32,387 bases of DNA, from contig JAYUVP010000235.1 of NCBI GenBank assembly GCA_043753995.1, positions 1-32,387 on the forward strand. Direction: 5' to 3'. How positions within the stretch are numbered: position 1 is the first letter of the stretch; each line of letters opens with the position of its first letter. Shown piece after piece: positions 18,377-27,847 of this stretch. The DNA comes from Fibrobacterota bacterium. Lineage in GTDB: Bacteria; Fibrobacterota; Fibrobacteria; UBA11236. The notes below the pieces were generated by a model, which was not told the origin of the DNA, did not search any database, and saw nothing but the letters and a program-made list of their open reading frames with translations. Position numbers and translations under genes: made by a program.

Positions 18377-19417
18377 TCAGGCCACCTTGTCCAACCAAAA
18401 TTGTCTGACCTTGTTCAAGGCAAAGTTCTCGTCCTTTTTATCCAAGGCCGTCAAATGTGCGCGTACCGAAGCGAAATCGCGCGCGTGAAAAGCCATTTCG
18501 GCTTGATAGGGTCGGACCCGTCGGTCAGACAGACCCAAGGCTTTCAGCTTTGCATAGGCTTCCCTTGCGGCTGAAATCGATCCCAATCGAGCGAGGACAC
18601 GGCCCTGCATTAGAAGCAGCGAGGCGTCTTTGGTGTGCAATGCCAAGGCCGATTCTATGGCGTGCCTAGCCTTTTCCAAATGGCGTCTCGAAATCTCGCC
18701 TTCGGCCAATTCTTGATAGGTGGCCTCCCAATGCAAGGCCGCTAGGCGATGCCAGGCTTTGGCTCGGGCGCTATCGTCGGTGGCTTTTTGGACTTCGGTT
18801 TCTGAGACGGCGATGGCGGCCTGCATTTCCCTTTCGCGGCGATCCAAAATCGCATAGGCAGCCAAGCGAATTTCATCGTTCGCATCGCGTAATAATTCTC
18901 GCAGCAGACGATTTCCCGCCGGAGAGGATCGGCGGCCCAAGGCCATCAGCAAGGGCAGGCGATGGGTAGCCGATAGGTTACCTCTCAGCAGGCGAGCGTG
19001 AAACCCGCCTAAGTCGAAGCGGGCGGAGAAAAGCGGACTCCTGGCATGCCTACGCTCCGAAGCGAGGATACGGAAGTCCGGCTTGGCGGGAATGGCCAAG
19101 CGGTAGAGGGCAGGTCCAATGGCCAGCAGAAGACCGGCCATTCCCAAGACGGGGAGCACAAAGCAAAAACAGAAAACAAAGGCCAGAAAGGAAGGACTGG
19201 ACTTGCCTCTCCCTCGCAGTCGGAAAGCCAAGGCCAAGAATAAGCAGCCAAGGACATGCCACAAAATCATCAGCAAGACTTGAGAAGCGTTCTGCCCACC
19301 CAGGCTCAATAGCCAGGCGGCCGCCCCCTCTAGAGCGAGCCCGCTTAGGGCGGCCAGAATCGCGAGGAAGGATTTAAGGTAAAGCGACCGAGGTTTCTTT
19401 GTGATCCTGGTATTCAT
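18377..19417 (-). CDS. pelE: PelE (TM + HEAT/TPR)
   Basis: ATG 19417 overlaps the pelD stop (ATGA). N-terminal TM helices, LRELLRDANDEIRLAAYAILDRRE, LHWEATYQEL and RPYQAEMAF. Located between pelD and pelF. Confidence 0.88.
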   Translation of the reverse strand: MNTRITKKPRSLYLKSFLAILAALSGLALEGAAAWLLSLGGQNASQVLLMILWHVLGCLFLALAFRLRGRGKSSPSFLAFVFCFCFVLPVLGMAGLLLAIGPALYRLAIPAKPDFRILASERRHARSPLFSARFDLGGFHARLLRGNLSATHRLPLLMALGRRSSPAGNRLLRELLRDANDEIRLAAYAILDRREREMQAAIAVSETEVQKATDDSARAKAWHRLAALHWEATYQELAEGEISRRHLEKARHAIESALALHTKDASLLLMQGRVLARLGSISAAREAYAKLKALGLSDRRVRPYQAEMAFHARDFASVRAHLTALDKKDENFALNKVRQFWLDKVA

Positions 19418-20769
19418 AGAGGAGATTTTTGGGGCTTCGACGTCGCCTTGTTGGAGGAGCCTTCCAGGTTGGCTAAAAAGTCGACAAGGCCTTGTACCGG
19501 ATCGTGCGCAGTCATGGAAGTCACCCATTCCGGGCCCGCGCCGAGCGAAAGGCGGGCCAGGGCTTTGCGTCCCTGCTTCACATTGAGAAAGGGGAAAAGC
19601 ATGATGTAGGCGCGACGACCGTCGGGCAAGAGGTGCAGCCATAGACCATCCATGGCCCGCATTCCCAAGGCACGCGGAGAAAAATCTTCCGCCTCGGTAC
19701 TCTCGTTTTTTTCGAAGGCTAAAACTCGACAAGCCAAAACACTAGGCATCGCTGCTTCTGCTTGTAGCCGGTGCAATCGCAAATATTCGGAGGCGAAGTC
19801 CGCGGGGCATTGCGGCAAACGCGCCAAAACCGGCGCGGCTTGCGCTGTGGCGAATAGGGTGTCGGCATAATAACCGAGTATGGCCGACACATGACGAAGA
19901 TTCTCTTCGTGAAAGGCAAAGAAAGGCATGTTCTCGACGGCCAAGACGGCGAGCATGGGACCCTTGCCCGAAATCAACGGAGCGACAAATAGATAGGGCC
20001 CGGTAGCATTGGGTTGATTTTCAATATGGCAGAGGCTGCGACTGCGCAAGCAGGCACCTATTAAGACCTCCGTACCATCGAGGTGACGGCCTTGGCCCAG
20101 GGCGGCCAGAGGGGCGGCCTTCAATCCGCCTTTATCCTTGAGATGCAATGCGGCCGTTTCGATTTGGAAGAAGCGAGCGAGGAAATCGAGCAGGGCCTGG
20201 GCCGATTCGCGGTCCAAGTTTCCGCTATGGGGGCGAGGAATCTCGGCCAAGGCATCACGCAAGGTGGGGGCATGGGCAATGAAATCCAAGGCCAGCCTAT
20301 CTTGTGATTGCGCGAGTACCTGATGGGATGCGGCCAAATCGTCGAGATGCATGGCCAAATGATGTCGCGCTTTTCTTTGTTTTCGGTTTTCTGCTTGCCA
20401 CAGATCGCGAAACTCCCCCCCGATAAAGGTGGTGATAAAGCCCCCCAGGAAAAAGCCCCGGGGAAATTCCATGGGCATCATAGTCGTGACCAGACCAGCG
20501 AGGCTCCAACCCGAAAACAAGGTGAGTGAAGCCAGTAAGCCGCCCAAGGATCCGTGGCGCAAGGCCACCAGCAGGGGCGCCACCCAAATCCATGGAAATT
20601 GTGACGCTAGGAAAAAAGGATCATGGTGACGCAACCAAATACTGCAAATCAGGCATAGAGCGGGCAGTAATACCGATTCCACGGTAGCGGTGAGTACGGA
20701 AATTTCTTTTCCGCCCGCTTCGGTGAGCGATTCTTCCCCACTCGCGATGAATAGCCTTTCCAGTATCAT
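19414..20769 (-). CDS. pelD: PelD, c-di-GMP receptor (TM + GAF + degenerate GGDEF)
   Basis: FPWIWVAPLLVALRHG, GEFRDLW, SHQVLAQSQDRL and MPFFAF…L…LGYYAD. RxxD I-site RAMD at 19648-19659; no GGDEF motif. Confidence 0.92.
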   Translation of the reverse strand: MILERLFIASGEESLTEAGGKEISVLTATVESVLLPALCLICSIWLRHHDPFFLASQFPWIWVAPLLVALRHGSLGGLLASLTLFSGWSLAGLVTTMMPMEFPRGFFLGGFITTFIGGEFRDLWQAENRKQRKARHHLAMHLDDLAASHQVLAQSQDRLALDFIAHAPTLRDALAEIPRPHSGNLDRESAQALLDFLARFFQIETAALHLKDKGGLKAAPLAALGQGRHLDGTEVLIGACLRSRSLCHIENQPNATGPYLFVAPLISGKGPMLAVLAVENMPFFAFHEENLRHVSAILGYYADTLFATAQAAPVLARLPQCPADFASEYLRLHRLQAEAAMPSVLACRVLAFEKNESTEAEDFSPRALGMRAMDGLWLHLLPDGRRAYIMLFPFLNVKQGRKALARLSLGAGPEWVTSMTAHDPVQGLVDFLANLEGSSNKATSKPQKSPL

Positions 20770-20789
20770 TTAATTGGGGTCTTCTTAGC

Positions 20790-21329
20790 TCAATTGCAGC
20801 GTATGTCGGCGGTCGACACCAGTTTTTGTACCAGCTTCAAGCCCGTGCCGCTCAAGGCATCACTGCTCCAGCCTGTTCGCGCTCCACTGGCGCTCCAAAT
20901 GGTTTTTCCGGTTTTGACGTCTACGACAGAAAGAGTCAGGCCCACCGCAGGCTCGCCGTCGGATCCCCCTTTATACCGCCACTCCGCTACCGAGCCCGTC
21001 ACTCCATAAACCGCGTTTTGCCATCGCGCCCAATCCAGGGTTCTTTCATATTGACCATGGCTCATGCTGAATTCGATCAGGCTGTCTTCCAGTGAAGACG
21101 GATAAAAAATCACTTCCTTCAAGCCTTCGCTTCGCAAGGCATTTTCCACCAATCGCGCCGAGGCTTGTCCCGCCTGCGGAGTTTCGGAATAGTTTTGAAA
21201 TGGCAGCACCACCCATTTGTCGACGCAAGACATGGAGGGAGACGCGCCGTGCTGAATTCCCGCGCAGCCTGTCAAGCTCATTACCAGGGTCACACCAGCC
21301 AAAAGAATCGCTTTGATAGTCATTTGCAT
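20790..21329 (-). CDS. pelC: PelC outer-membrane lipoprotein
   Basis: Lipobox LTGC. Motifs WVVLPFQNYSETPQAG, GSVAEWRYKGGSDGEPAVG and WSASGARTGWS. Confidence 0.95.
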   Translation of the reverse strand: MQMTIKAILLAGVTLVMSLTGCAGIQHGASPSMSCVDKWVVLPFQNYSETPQAGQASARLVENALRSEGLKEVIFYPSSLEDSLIEFSMSHGQYERTLDWARWQNAVYGVTGSVAEWRYKGGSDGEPAVGLTLSVVDVKTGKTIWSASGARTGWSSDALSGTGLKLVQKLVSTADIRCN

Positions 21330-21333
21330 TTCC

Positions 21334-24192
21334 TCATTTTAAGGTATAGCCATAGCGCAGAGATAAGGCTGTTTCTGTTTCCTGCCGCCCTTGCAGTCCG
21401 CGAGCATATTCCGCCAGCAAGGTCATACTTTGGGTCGCCGCGAGCGGAAGCACGAGCCCGGCTTTCAGGGCAAATTCATTGGAGGACGTGGCCGGCAAAT
21501 TCGCGGTGGAGGGAAAGACATTTCGTCCCAATTCCGCTGAAGCGAGGGGCGACGGTATCCAGGACGATCGCTGCGGCAAGCGGCTTTGCCATCCCGCGCT
21601 AATAGAAGCATGCCAATAGCTCCGGGGGAATTCGCCTGGAGTGAGCAAGCCAGCCACCAGGGGAAGGCCTTGGGGTCCGATTCTTATTTCTCCTTCGGAG
21701 AAATGATGATAGGCCAAGGCGGCACCGATGGAGAAAGGAGGGATAGGGCGATGTTCGGACAAGGTTTTGATATGATATCCGTCACCTAATTTTCGACCAT
21801 CCCAGCCATGAAAAAAAGATCGCGCCAAGTCGAATTGGATTTGGGTAGCCGCTGGCAATTCGATTTGCCATCCCAATTTCCACGCATCCTTCATGCCGAC
21901 CAAGGCCAATATCGGATTTTCTTCGGCGCGGGTATTCCCTGCATAGGCCACCGTGAAAGTCGCTTCGCGAAGAGGTTGCCATTCTTCTTCAGCCGTCACG
22001 GTCATCACGCCCTCCTCGGACCGCCCCACCGATGCGGCCGCCGTGGAACGAAAACCGGCCGACAAGCGCGTGGTCGTCTTGCGCGTGGAATAGGCCAATT
22101 CCATCCTTCCGGCATCTTCACGGTCGGGAATGGCCACCTGAAGCGTCTTGGAAATCCAAGGCCTTTCCCGCATGTCCCCCACCACCGTGAGCCTCACTCC
22201 ATCACCGACTTTTGAATTCGCCTCCAAGGCGATTTTGCGTTCGTGATAATAGGGATGATATTCGAAATGAAGGCCGCTGCCCATGCCAGCCGCCGCTTCA
22301 AAGCCGGCACGATGACGCCGCGCAAGAACAAAGGCCGCGGCTCGATCCCGATCCTCTCGCCCCAAACCGGATTCTCCATTTTCCAACATTTGCGAGACCT
22401 GACCGACATCTTCCCGACGCATGGCTACCGCCAATCTGGCCCAAGATGAAAATGTTTTCTCCTGCTCTGGATTCACCCCTAGCGATGACATGGCATCTTC
22501 GGGATTGTGACCACGCTGCATTTTCCAGGTGACGTCCATTTCCTGAATGCCTATGCCTCGGGGATAGCGCCTCTGCAAGGCCTTTAACCCGGCATCCACG
22601 TCATCGCTGAATCCAAACGCATGCGACCAGCGCACCTGGCTTTCTTGCCATTCGCGCGTCCTAGCCAATTCTCCCGTGGCCGATGCGACCCTTTTGGCTT
22701 GCTGCGCGCGTTGATAAACTCGCTCAGCGCCACCGCCGTCTCCCGCCTCTTTCAAGATTTCGGCGAAAGCATATAGAAAGGGAAAGTTGGCATTTTCCCT
22801 TGCTTCCTCAAGCAGGCGATAATAGGCCATGGCCTCACTTTGCCTTTGCAGCATTTTATAGGCCATGGCCAGGGGCTCGATGAGGGTTTTGGATGTTGAA
22901 CTTCCCTGGCCGAGCCTATCGGCATAGGTCGACAATTCGGACATGCGGCCTTGTTCAATCAATAGCCATAAGTATCCCGCCTGATACTCTTCCACGCCGG
23001 GGTCGAGCGCCAGGGCATGCCGATATTCCTTTCGTGCCAAGGTGGTCTTGCCTTCGCGTTGGTGAATGCGCGCTGTTAGCACATGGAAGTAGGCGTATTC
23101 GCCACCTAAAGCCCACTGCTCCGCCGTCAGTCGCGAAAGCATGCGCGAGGCCAAATCCCATCTTTCGAAGTCGATGCATCGCTCCAAGTAATAAACGAGG
23201 TGATCTGGATCACGAAACTTTGTCCATCCCGCCACGGCGGCTTTGAGGGCCAGATCCGGATCGGACTGCCGGGCAATAACGCTCATTTCATGCAAGTCGG
23301 CGGCATTGTATTCGCCGGCCAGGAAAAGCCGACGATAGGCGTCGAGAGCGTCACCATAGCGTTGCATCCAGGTATAGATGGAGGCCTGTAGTCGAAGCAG
23401 AGGTGCGTTCTCCTTTTCGGAACGGGGCAAAGCGCGCACCGAATCGAGAATGGCGGCCGCTTTCCGCATTTGCCCGCGTCGACAATAAATCTCCGCCTGC
23501 TTGATTCCGATGTCCGGCGTAGTCCCAAACTCGGCCGAAGTCCTTTTCAGAATTTCCAAGGCCTCTTGATCGCGATCGGTTCGCATGAGAATTTCCGCAA
23601 AACGAATGGCCAAGGGCCGGTCAAATCGGACGTTCAACCTTTTTCTTAAGCGTACCAGGCATCGGTCGGTTTCTCCGCTGTTTTCATAGGCGTCCAGAAG
23701 CAGGAACCATTCGGACATTTCCAAATCACGAATGTCAGCCAACCCTTCCCATGCGCGCGCGGCAGCAGCAGGATCGCGCATGAGTCCAGCCAAGCGTATC
23801 GCTTCGCGATAGGCATGGGGTCTACCTGTGCGAGCGCCGATTTTTTCCCATTCCCTCTGGGCCATTCCGGGATCGGCCGCCCATTCGGCCATACGCGCTA
23901 ATCGCTCGCGCCACGGAAATAAATCCGGTCGTTGTCGCACGGCCTCTTGCGCTAATTCGAAAGCGGATTTGATATTGCGCGCTTCCAGAAAAACATCATA
24001 GGCCAAGGTGTAAACCGTATCATTGAATACTCGAAAGGCACCCTTGGGCAAGGCGGCCTCGGCCGCAGCTGAACCTTTAGTCTCGGCAGAAAGCCGGCCC
24101 TGAGATAAGATCAACATCCCGATAGCGAAGAGGCCGAGGACCCGAAACTTCCATCGCAGCGGAGTATTCGCCGCAGCGAAATGCAATTTCAT
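21334..24192 (-). CDS. pelB: PelB main part: signal peptide, TPR region and C-terminal beta-barrel porin
   Basis: ATG 24192 overlaps the upstream stop (ATGA). Putative signal peptide (…GRLSA|ETK), PelB-like YTLAYDVFL…WRERLARMAEW, many TPRs, AGYLWLLIE, and C-terminal amphipathic strands ending LSLRYGYTLK. Directly upstream of pelC. Confidence 0.85.
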   Translation of the reverse strand: MKLHFAAANTPLRWKFRVLGLFAIGMLILSQGRLSAETKGSAAAEAALPKGAFRVFNDTVYTLAYDVFLEARNIKSAFELAQEAVRQRPDLFPWRERLARMAEWAADPGMAQREWEKIGARTGRPHAYREAIRLAGLMRDPAAAARAWEGLADIRDLEMSEWFLLLDAYENSGETDRCLVRLRKRLNVRFDRPLAIRFAEILMRTDRDQEALEILKRTSAEFGTTPDIGIKQAEIYCRRGQMRKAAAILDSVRALPRSEKENAPLLRLQASIYTWMQRYGDALDAYRRLFLAGEYNAADLHEMSVIARQSDPDLALKAAVAGWTKFRDPDHLVYYLERCIDFERWDLASRMLSRLTAEQWALGGEYAYFHVLTARIHQREGKTTLARKEYRHALALDPGVEEYQAGYLWLLIEQGRMSELSTYADRLGQGSSTSKTLIEPLAMAYKMLQRQSEAMAYYRLLEEARENANFPFLYAFAEILKEAGDGGGAERVYQRAQQAKRVASATGELARTREWQESQVRWSHAFGFSDDVDAGLKALQRRYPRGIGIQEMDVTWKMQRGHNPEDAMSSLGVNPEQEKTFSSWARLAVAMRREDVGQVSQMLENGESGLGREDRDRAAAFVLARRHRAGFEAAAGMGSGLHFEYHPYYHERKIALEANSKVGDGVRLTVVGDMRERPWISKTLQVAIPDREDAGRMELAYSTRKTTTRLSAGFRSTAAASVGRSEEGVMTVTAEEEWQPLREATFTVAYAGNTRAEENPILALVGMKDAWKLGWQIELPAATQIQFDLARSFFHGWDGRKLGDGYHIKTLSEHRPIPPFSIGAALAYHHFSEGEIRIGPQGLPLVAGLLTPGEFPRSYWHASISAGWQSRLPQRSSWIPSPLASAELGRNVFPSTANLPATSSNEFALKAGLVLPLAATQSMTLLAEYARGLQGRQETETALSLRYGYTLK

Positions 24193-25055
24193 GGCTCGGG
24201 TGCCGCAGCGAGAGGCCTCACCAGCATTTGGGCGAAGCGCTCGGCCACCTTGGGACGATTGGCCGATCGCGCCAAAGAAATCACGAAAAGTAAAACTTCG
24301 GTGTCTCCGCTCCATTCGCCAATGCGCGACTCGGCCAGAGAAAGCGCCTCCTGCATACGGTCGCAAGCCTGCAAGATGCGCAGAGATTGCAGCAGCAAAG
24401 GCTTGCGATTGACTTCCAACTTGCTTTGATCGTAAATCGACATCAGTATCTTGGCGGCATTGAGGCAATCGCCCGCCGAGTTCCGCATCGCAGCCGCGCG
24501 GTAAAGCCATGGCGTCGGCGTCGAATCCAATTTCGCCATTTTCAAATAGAGGTTAGCCGCAATGACGAATTGGCCAGCTCCCTGAATTTTACCCGCCGCC
24601 CAAATCAAGTTAGGGAGGGAGGAATGCCGCAATAGACCTTCGGCCCCCGAATTCAAATGCCGAAGAGCGATGCCGGTATCGCCGGTTTTGGCGGCATAGG
24701 CCATGGATCCGATATCCACCTGAAGTAAATACAAACTGTCACGAGAAGCCTCGCTCCATTTTGAAGCCAAGGCGTCCAATTCTTCAAAGGCGGCGGTAAA
24801 ATTTCGCGTCAGACCGAGCTGGCGAATGTATTCGCGGCGCAAAGCAAAGCCCTTGACGCCCTTTTGTATCAAGGTTTGCAGCAAAATCACTCGCACGCTG
24901 TCGACGCGCTCTTCTTCTTCGCCTTGAATGAGTTGCTGGAAAACCGTCGCCCTGGGAAATACCAAGGCCATAGCCAAAAGCACGGCAAAGACACAGCCAA
25001 ACAGGACCCAAGGAGACATCAAGCGACGTCGTTGCGCAAATGATTTTTGCGTCAT
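24189..25055 (-). CDS. Membrane-anchored TPR protein resembling the N-terminal segment of PelB
   Basis: ATG 25055 overlaps the pelA stop (ATGA). RRRLMSPW plus a hydrophobic helix and FPR resemble PelB N-termini. TPR helices follow, ending LARSANRPKVAERFAQML. 288 aa. Confidence 0.78.
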   Translation of the reverse strand: MTQKSFAQRRRLMSPWVLFGCVFAVLLAMALVFPRATVFQQLIQGEEEERVDSVRVILLQTLIQKGVKGFALRREYIRQLGLTRNFTAAFEELDALASKWSEASRDSLYLLQVDIGSMAYAAKTGDTGIALRHLNSGAEGLLRHSSLPNLIWAAGKIQGAGQFVIAANLYLKMAKLDSTPTPWLYRAAAMRNSAGDCLNAAKILMSIYDQSKLEVNRKPLLLQSLRILQACDRMQEALSLAESRIGEWSGDTEVLLFVISLARSANRPKVAERFAQMLVRPLAAAPEP

Positions 25056-27847
25056 GGGCAGCTCACTTCGATTTTCGCCTGCTTTGCGGGCAGACGATAG
25101 GAGAAATATCCACCTGCATCGGTCTTGCCATTCAGCTTGACACCACCGGAACTCACCTGACAGGAATTCACGCGGCCCAGGGTAAAGACCAAATTCAAAT
25201 GGCCCTGCAAGGTCATGCGGAGGTGACGTTCCCCGGCATTCCATTCCATCACAGCGGCATTCGCGCTGGCTAAAAAAGGCTGTGCGGGCGGCTTGGCTGA
25301 GAGAATCAAGGTGCCTCGGGATCCCGTCATGTGTATATAGCGCGTATCGCCCACATCGGCATAACCCGCTATGCCTTGGGAAAGCTTCATGTCGGGATAA
25401 CCCAAAGTGGCCGGTAGGCGTAATTGCTTAAGTGCGCCGGCGGTGCGAATCACCCAGGCATTGCCCGATCGCGCCAGGGCTATGCGAGTGAAATCAACCA
25501 CCTTGGGCGTGTATTCCGAGACATAGAGATTGAAAAAATCCCGCTGACTCACCCAGTCATAAATCTTGACGAGGGCATGCAAGGAGGCCTGCTTCGATCC
25601 GGAATAGCTGTGATAATAAACATCCACCGGCTTGAAGCGAATGGGCTTGTCGGTTTGTTCGAAAGTCTTGATGACATTTTCATAGCCGTAAAATGGGCCT
25701 GTCCATTCATGGGTATACATGTTCTCGTTTTGATTGGGAGCATAAACCTGGTAATTCCCTCCCTTGTCTATGCCGATGGGAGCTATGCCCGTCCAACTGT
25801 CGCTAGAGGCGGAAATGAGGGTTTCACCGCCATTCATATTGACCACGCCCGCAGCATAGGTCAAGCCCACGGTGCGCGCGTCGGGATTGCAATTGCCGCT
25901 CCAAAGGAAAACCTTGCACGACTTTCCCGGGGGAGCCAATTCGCGATTGATATAATCGATGGATCCTGCCACTTCCCTTTCCATCAAATCGGGCGCGAAG
26001 AGAAAGCCCTTGATGTCGAGGTGATTCTCTCGTCCGACGGCGCCGCCGCGTGCGAACTTATTCCAGTTGAAGGGATGGGAAAAAGAGTGGCTGGCGATTT
26101 CCACATGAGGCAAGGCGAGAATGCGTTTGGCGATAGGCAAGAGAGAGGCGCTATGCTCGGGATACATGCCATGCGGCGCGACTTCGCCTTCAATGACGGA
26201 GAAAGTCGTGACAAAAGGGTATTTTTTAAGAATCTCCGTCTCCAGGACTTCCCCGGCATAGGGATGCGGAACCCATTCGGCCTTGTTCGCGAAACCGTCG
26301 CCATCCACATGAAACATGAGGAGGCGCGTGCCATTTTCCGTGGTCACGTCGGGAGCCGGCAATACGGGCAATTGCAGGGCTTGCACAAGAAAATTCATGG
26401 GCTGCACCACCCAGCGATCCTGCTTTTGCATGGGAATGGTACGCAGTAAAAAGGGAGCGAGGACAAAACCTCCCCAGGGCATATAGGCCGCAGCCACCAT
26501 GGTGTCGCCTCGCGCATTCGCGAGTCGCAACAGCGGTTGACCTGATTTGATTTGGAGGGAGCGAAAGGCGCGGGCATCGGGCAAGGGCTCCATTTCGAAA
26601 TTCATCACTTTTTCGGCCTGAATCACCTTGACCAAGGTGTCTTTCACCACCGAATGACGGGAGCGCAGGCCAAAGGCCTCGGCATGGGTGCTTTTGAGCG
26701 TAAAGGGCGTTTCGCCCCAAAAAACAATCTTGATGCCTTGTGCCGCCTGGGACACCAACCACGCATTCATTGTTTCGCTCACCGCATTGCGGCCCGGGGC
26801 CAGCCAACAGAGAATGCCGGCATAGCGTCCAATCAGGGAATATTTTGGAGGAGCGATACGAATATCACGATGCTCAGGCACATAGCCCAAATAGGTGATC
26901 ATGGGATCGGCATTGCGATGAATAGCGAGTTCGTCCTTTCCTAATCCCTCGGCGCCATCATAAAGCATCAGCACTTTGCGAGGCACGACCTCTACGCTAC
27001 CAACACCCAGAAAATCAAGGCTCGGCGTTGTGACCCAGGGAATTAAGCCCAGGTGTTTAATTCGGTCGGCCGTGCTGCGCATCAGGGCTCGATCTGCCCC
27101 CGGGACATAATCGATGGAAACGACAGGAAGCCCATAAGTTTTCATGATGTTTTGAGCTTTATCCAGCAGATAAAAACGGTCTTCCTCATTCACCTCGGTG
27201 AATTGGCTTTGTCCCGCGTCCCAGCCGCGAAAGAGCGACTCGAAGGCCACGGCATCAATCAGCTCATGAATTTGTGGAAGAATGTTGAAGCCGCGATTGA
27301 GCATGATTCGCGCCGAGGGATAAGCTTTTTTCACGCGACGAATCACCGCGACAAGCCCCTCGGCCTGGAGCGCCCTGTCCTCAGGGGACTTCACATGCAA
27401 TTCATAAGAATCGAGGGCATCGAGAAAAAAGCCGCGATACCCCCTTTTCCAAAGCGGGGTGATCACTTGAAGCAAAAAGAAATCAGGCCAAGCTTCGGCA
27501 GTCTGATCAAGAACCGTGGATCCCCAGGCGGAATTACCGCCGAGTTTCCACTCTTCGGGAATTTTGCGAAAATAGTCTCGACTGCGATTCACCTCACCTA
27601 GGGCCACATAAGCCATCCATCGGCCTTGAGCCATAGAATCCGCGGTGTCCGCTTCTACCGGTGGAATTTTCACGTGATCGGGTTCAAGAATCACACGATC
27701 AAAGGCGCGCAACTCCTCAAGAGGAGGCTCGGCTCCATAATAAAATGCGAAGGACTCGGGACTGGTCAGAGAATTGGCTGCTTGAGGGAGCGATACCGAA
27801 ACTATTACCAGCCAAAGCAAGCTTCGCAGGCTTTGGTTTATAGACAC
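25052..27847 (-). CDS. pelA: PelA, bifunctional glycoside hydrolase (GH166)/polysaccharide deacetylase
   Basis: Signal peptide. Hydrolase motifs FAFYYG, AYVALGEV, RGFFLDALDSY, NRGF and AFESLF. Deacetylase motifs PDVTTENG, HVDGDGF, ASHSFSHPF, WSGNC and NENMYTHEW. Confidence 0.96.
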   Translation of the reverse strand: MSINQSLRSLLWLVIVSVSLPQAANSLTSPESFAFYYGAEPPLEELRAFDRVILEPDHVKIPPVEADTADSMAQGRWMAYVALGEVNRSRDYFRKIPEEWKLGGNSAWGSTVLDQTAEAWPDFFLLQVITPLWKRGYRGFFLDALDSYELHVKSPEDRALQAEGLVAVIRRVKKAYPSARIMLNRGFNILPQIHELIDAVAFESLFRGWDAGQSQFTEVNEEDRFYLLDKAQNIMKTYGLPVVSIDYVPGADRALMRSTADRIKHLGLIPWVTTPSLDFLGVGSVEVVPRKVLMLYDGAEGLGKDELAIHRNADPMITYLGYVPEHRDIRIAPPKYSLIGRYAGILCWLAPGRNAVSETMNAWLVSQAAQGIKIVFWGETPFTLKSTHAEAFGLRSRHSVVKDTLVKVIQAEKVMNFEMEPLPDARAFRSLQIKSGQPLLRLANARGDTMVAAAYMPWGGFVLAPFLLRTIPMQKQDRWVVQPMNFLVQALQLPVLPAPDVTTENGTRLLMFHVDGDGFANKAEWVPHPYAGEVLETEILKKYPFVTTFSVIEGEVAPHGMYPEHSASLLPIAKRILALPHVEIASHSFSHPFNWNKFARGGAVGRENHLDIKGFLFAPDLMEREVAGSIDYINRELAPPGKSCKVFLWSGNCNPDARTVGLTYAAGVVNMNGGETLISASSDSWTGIAPIGIDKGGNYQVYAPNQNENMYTHEWTGPFYGYENVIKTFEQTDKPIRFKPVDVYYHSYSGSKQASLHALVKIYDWVSQRDFFNLYVSEYTPKVVDFTRIALARSGNAWVIRTAGALKQLRLPATLGYPDMKLSQGIAGYADVGDTRYIHMTGSRGTLILSAKPPAQPFLASANAAVMEWNAGERHLRMTLQGHLNLVFTLGRVNSCQVSSGGVKLNGKTDAGGYFSYRLPAKQAKIEVSCP

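Noticed and set aside
24189..24192. pelB as a frameshifted pseudogene
   Set aside because: Both parts are long intact ORFs with a clean ATGA junction and an apparent new signal peptide, and the rest of the operon is intact. An assembly error cannot be fully excluded without reads.
24193..24510. ORF-track N-terminal extension of PelB, and similar extensions of pelG (to 16996), pelE (to 19732), the 288 aa TPR ORF (to 25244) and the ATPase (to 6341)
   Set aside because: Most of these extensions overlap upstream genes in another frame and all read as non-family sequence. Later starts give family-typical N-termini with ATGA coupling, a minimal gap or an RBS.
25424..26449. Long plus-strand ORF (341 aa), and similar ones at 3092-3988, 13527-14258 and 14535-15410
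   Set aside because: Antisense shadows of well-supported genes in GC-rich DNA, with no recognisable motifs.
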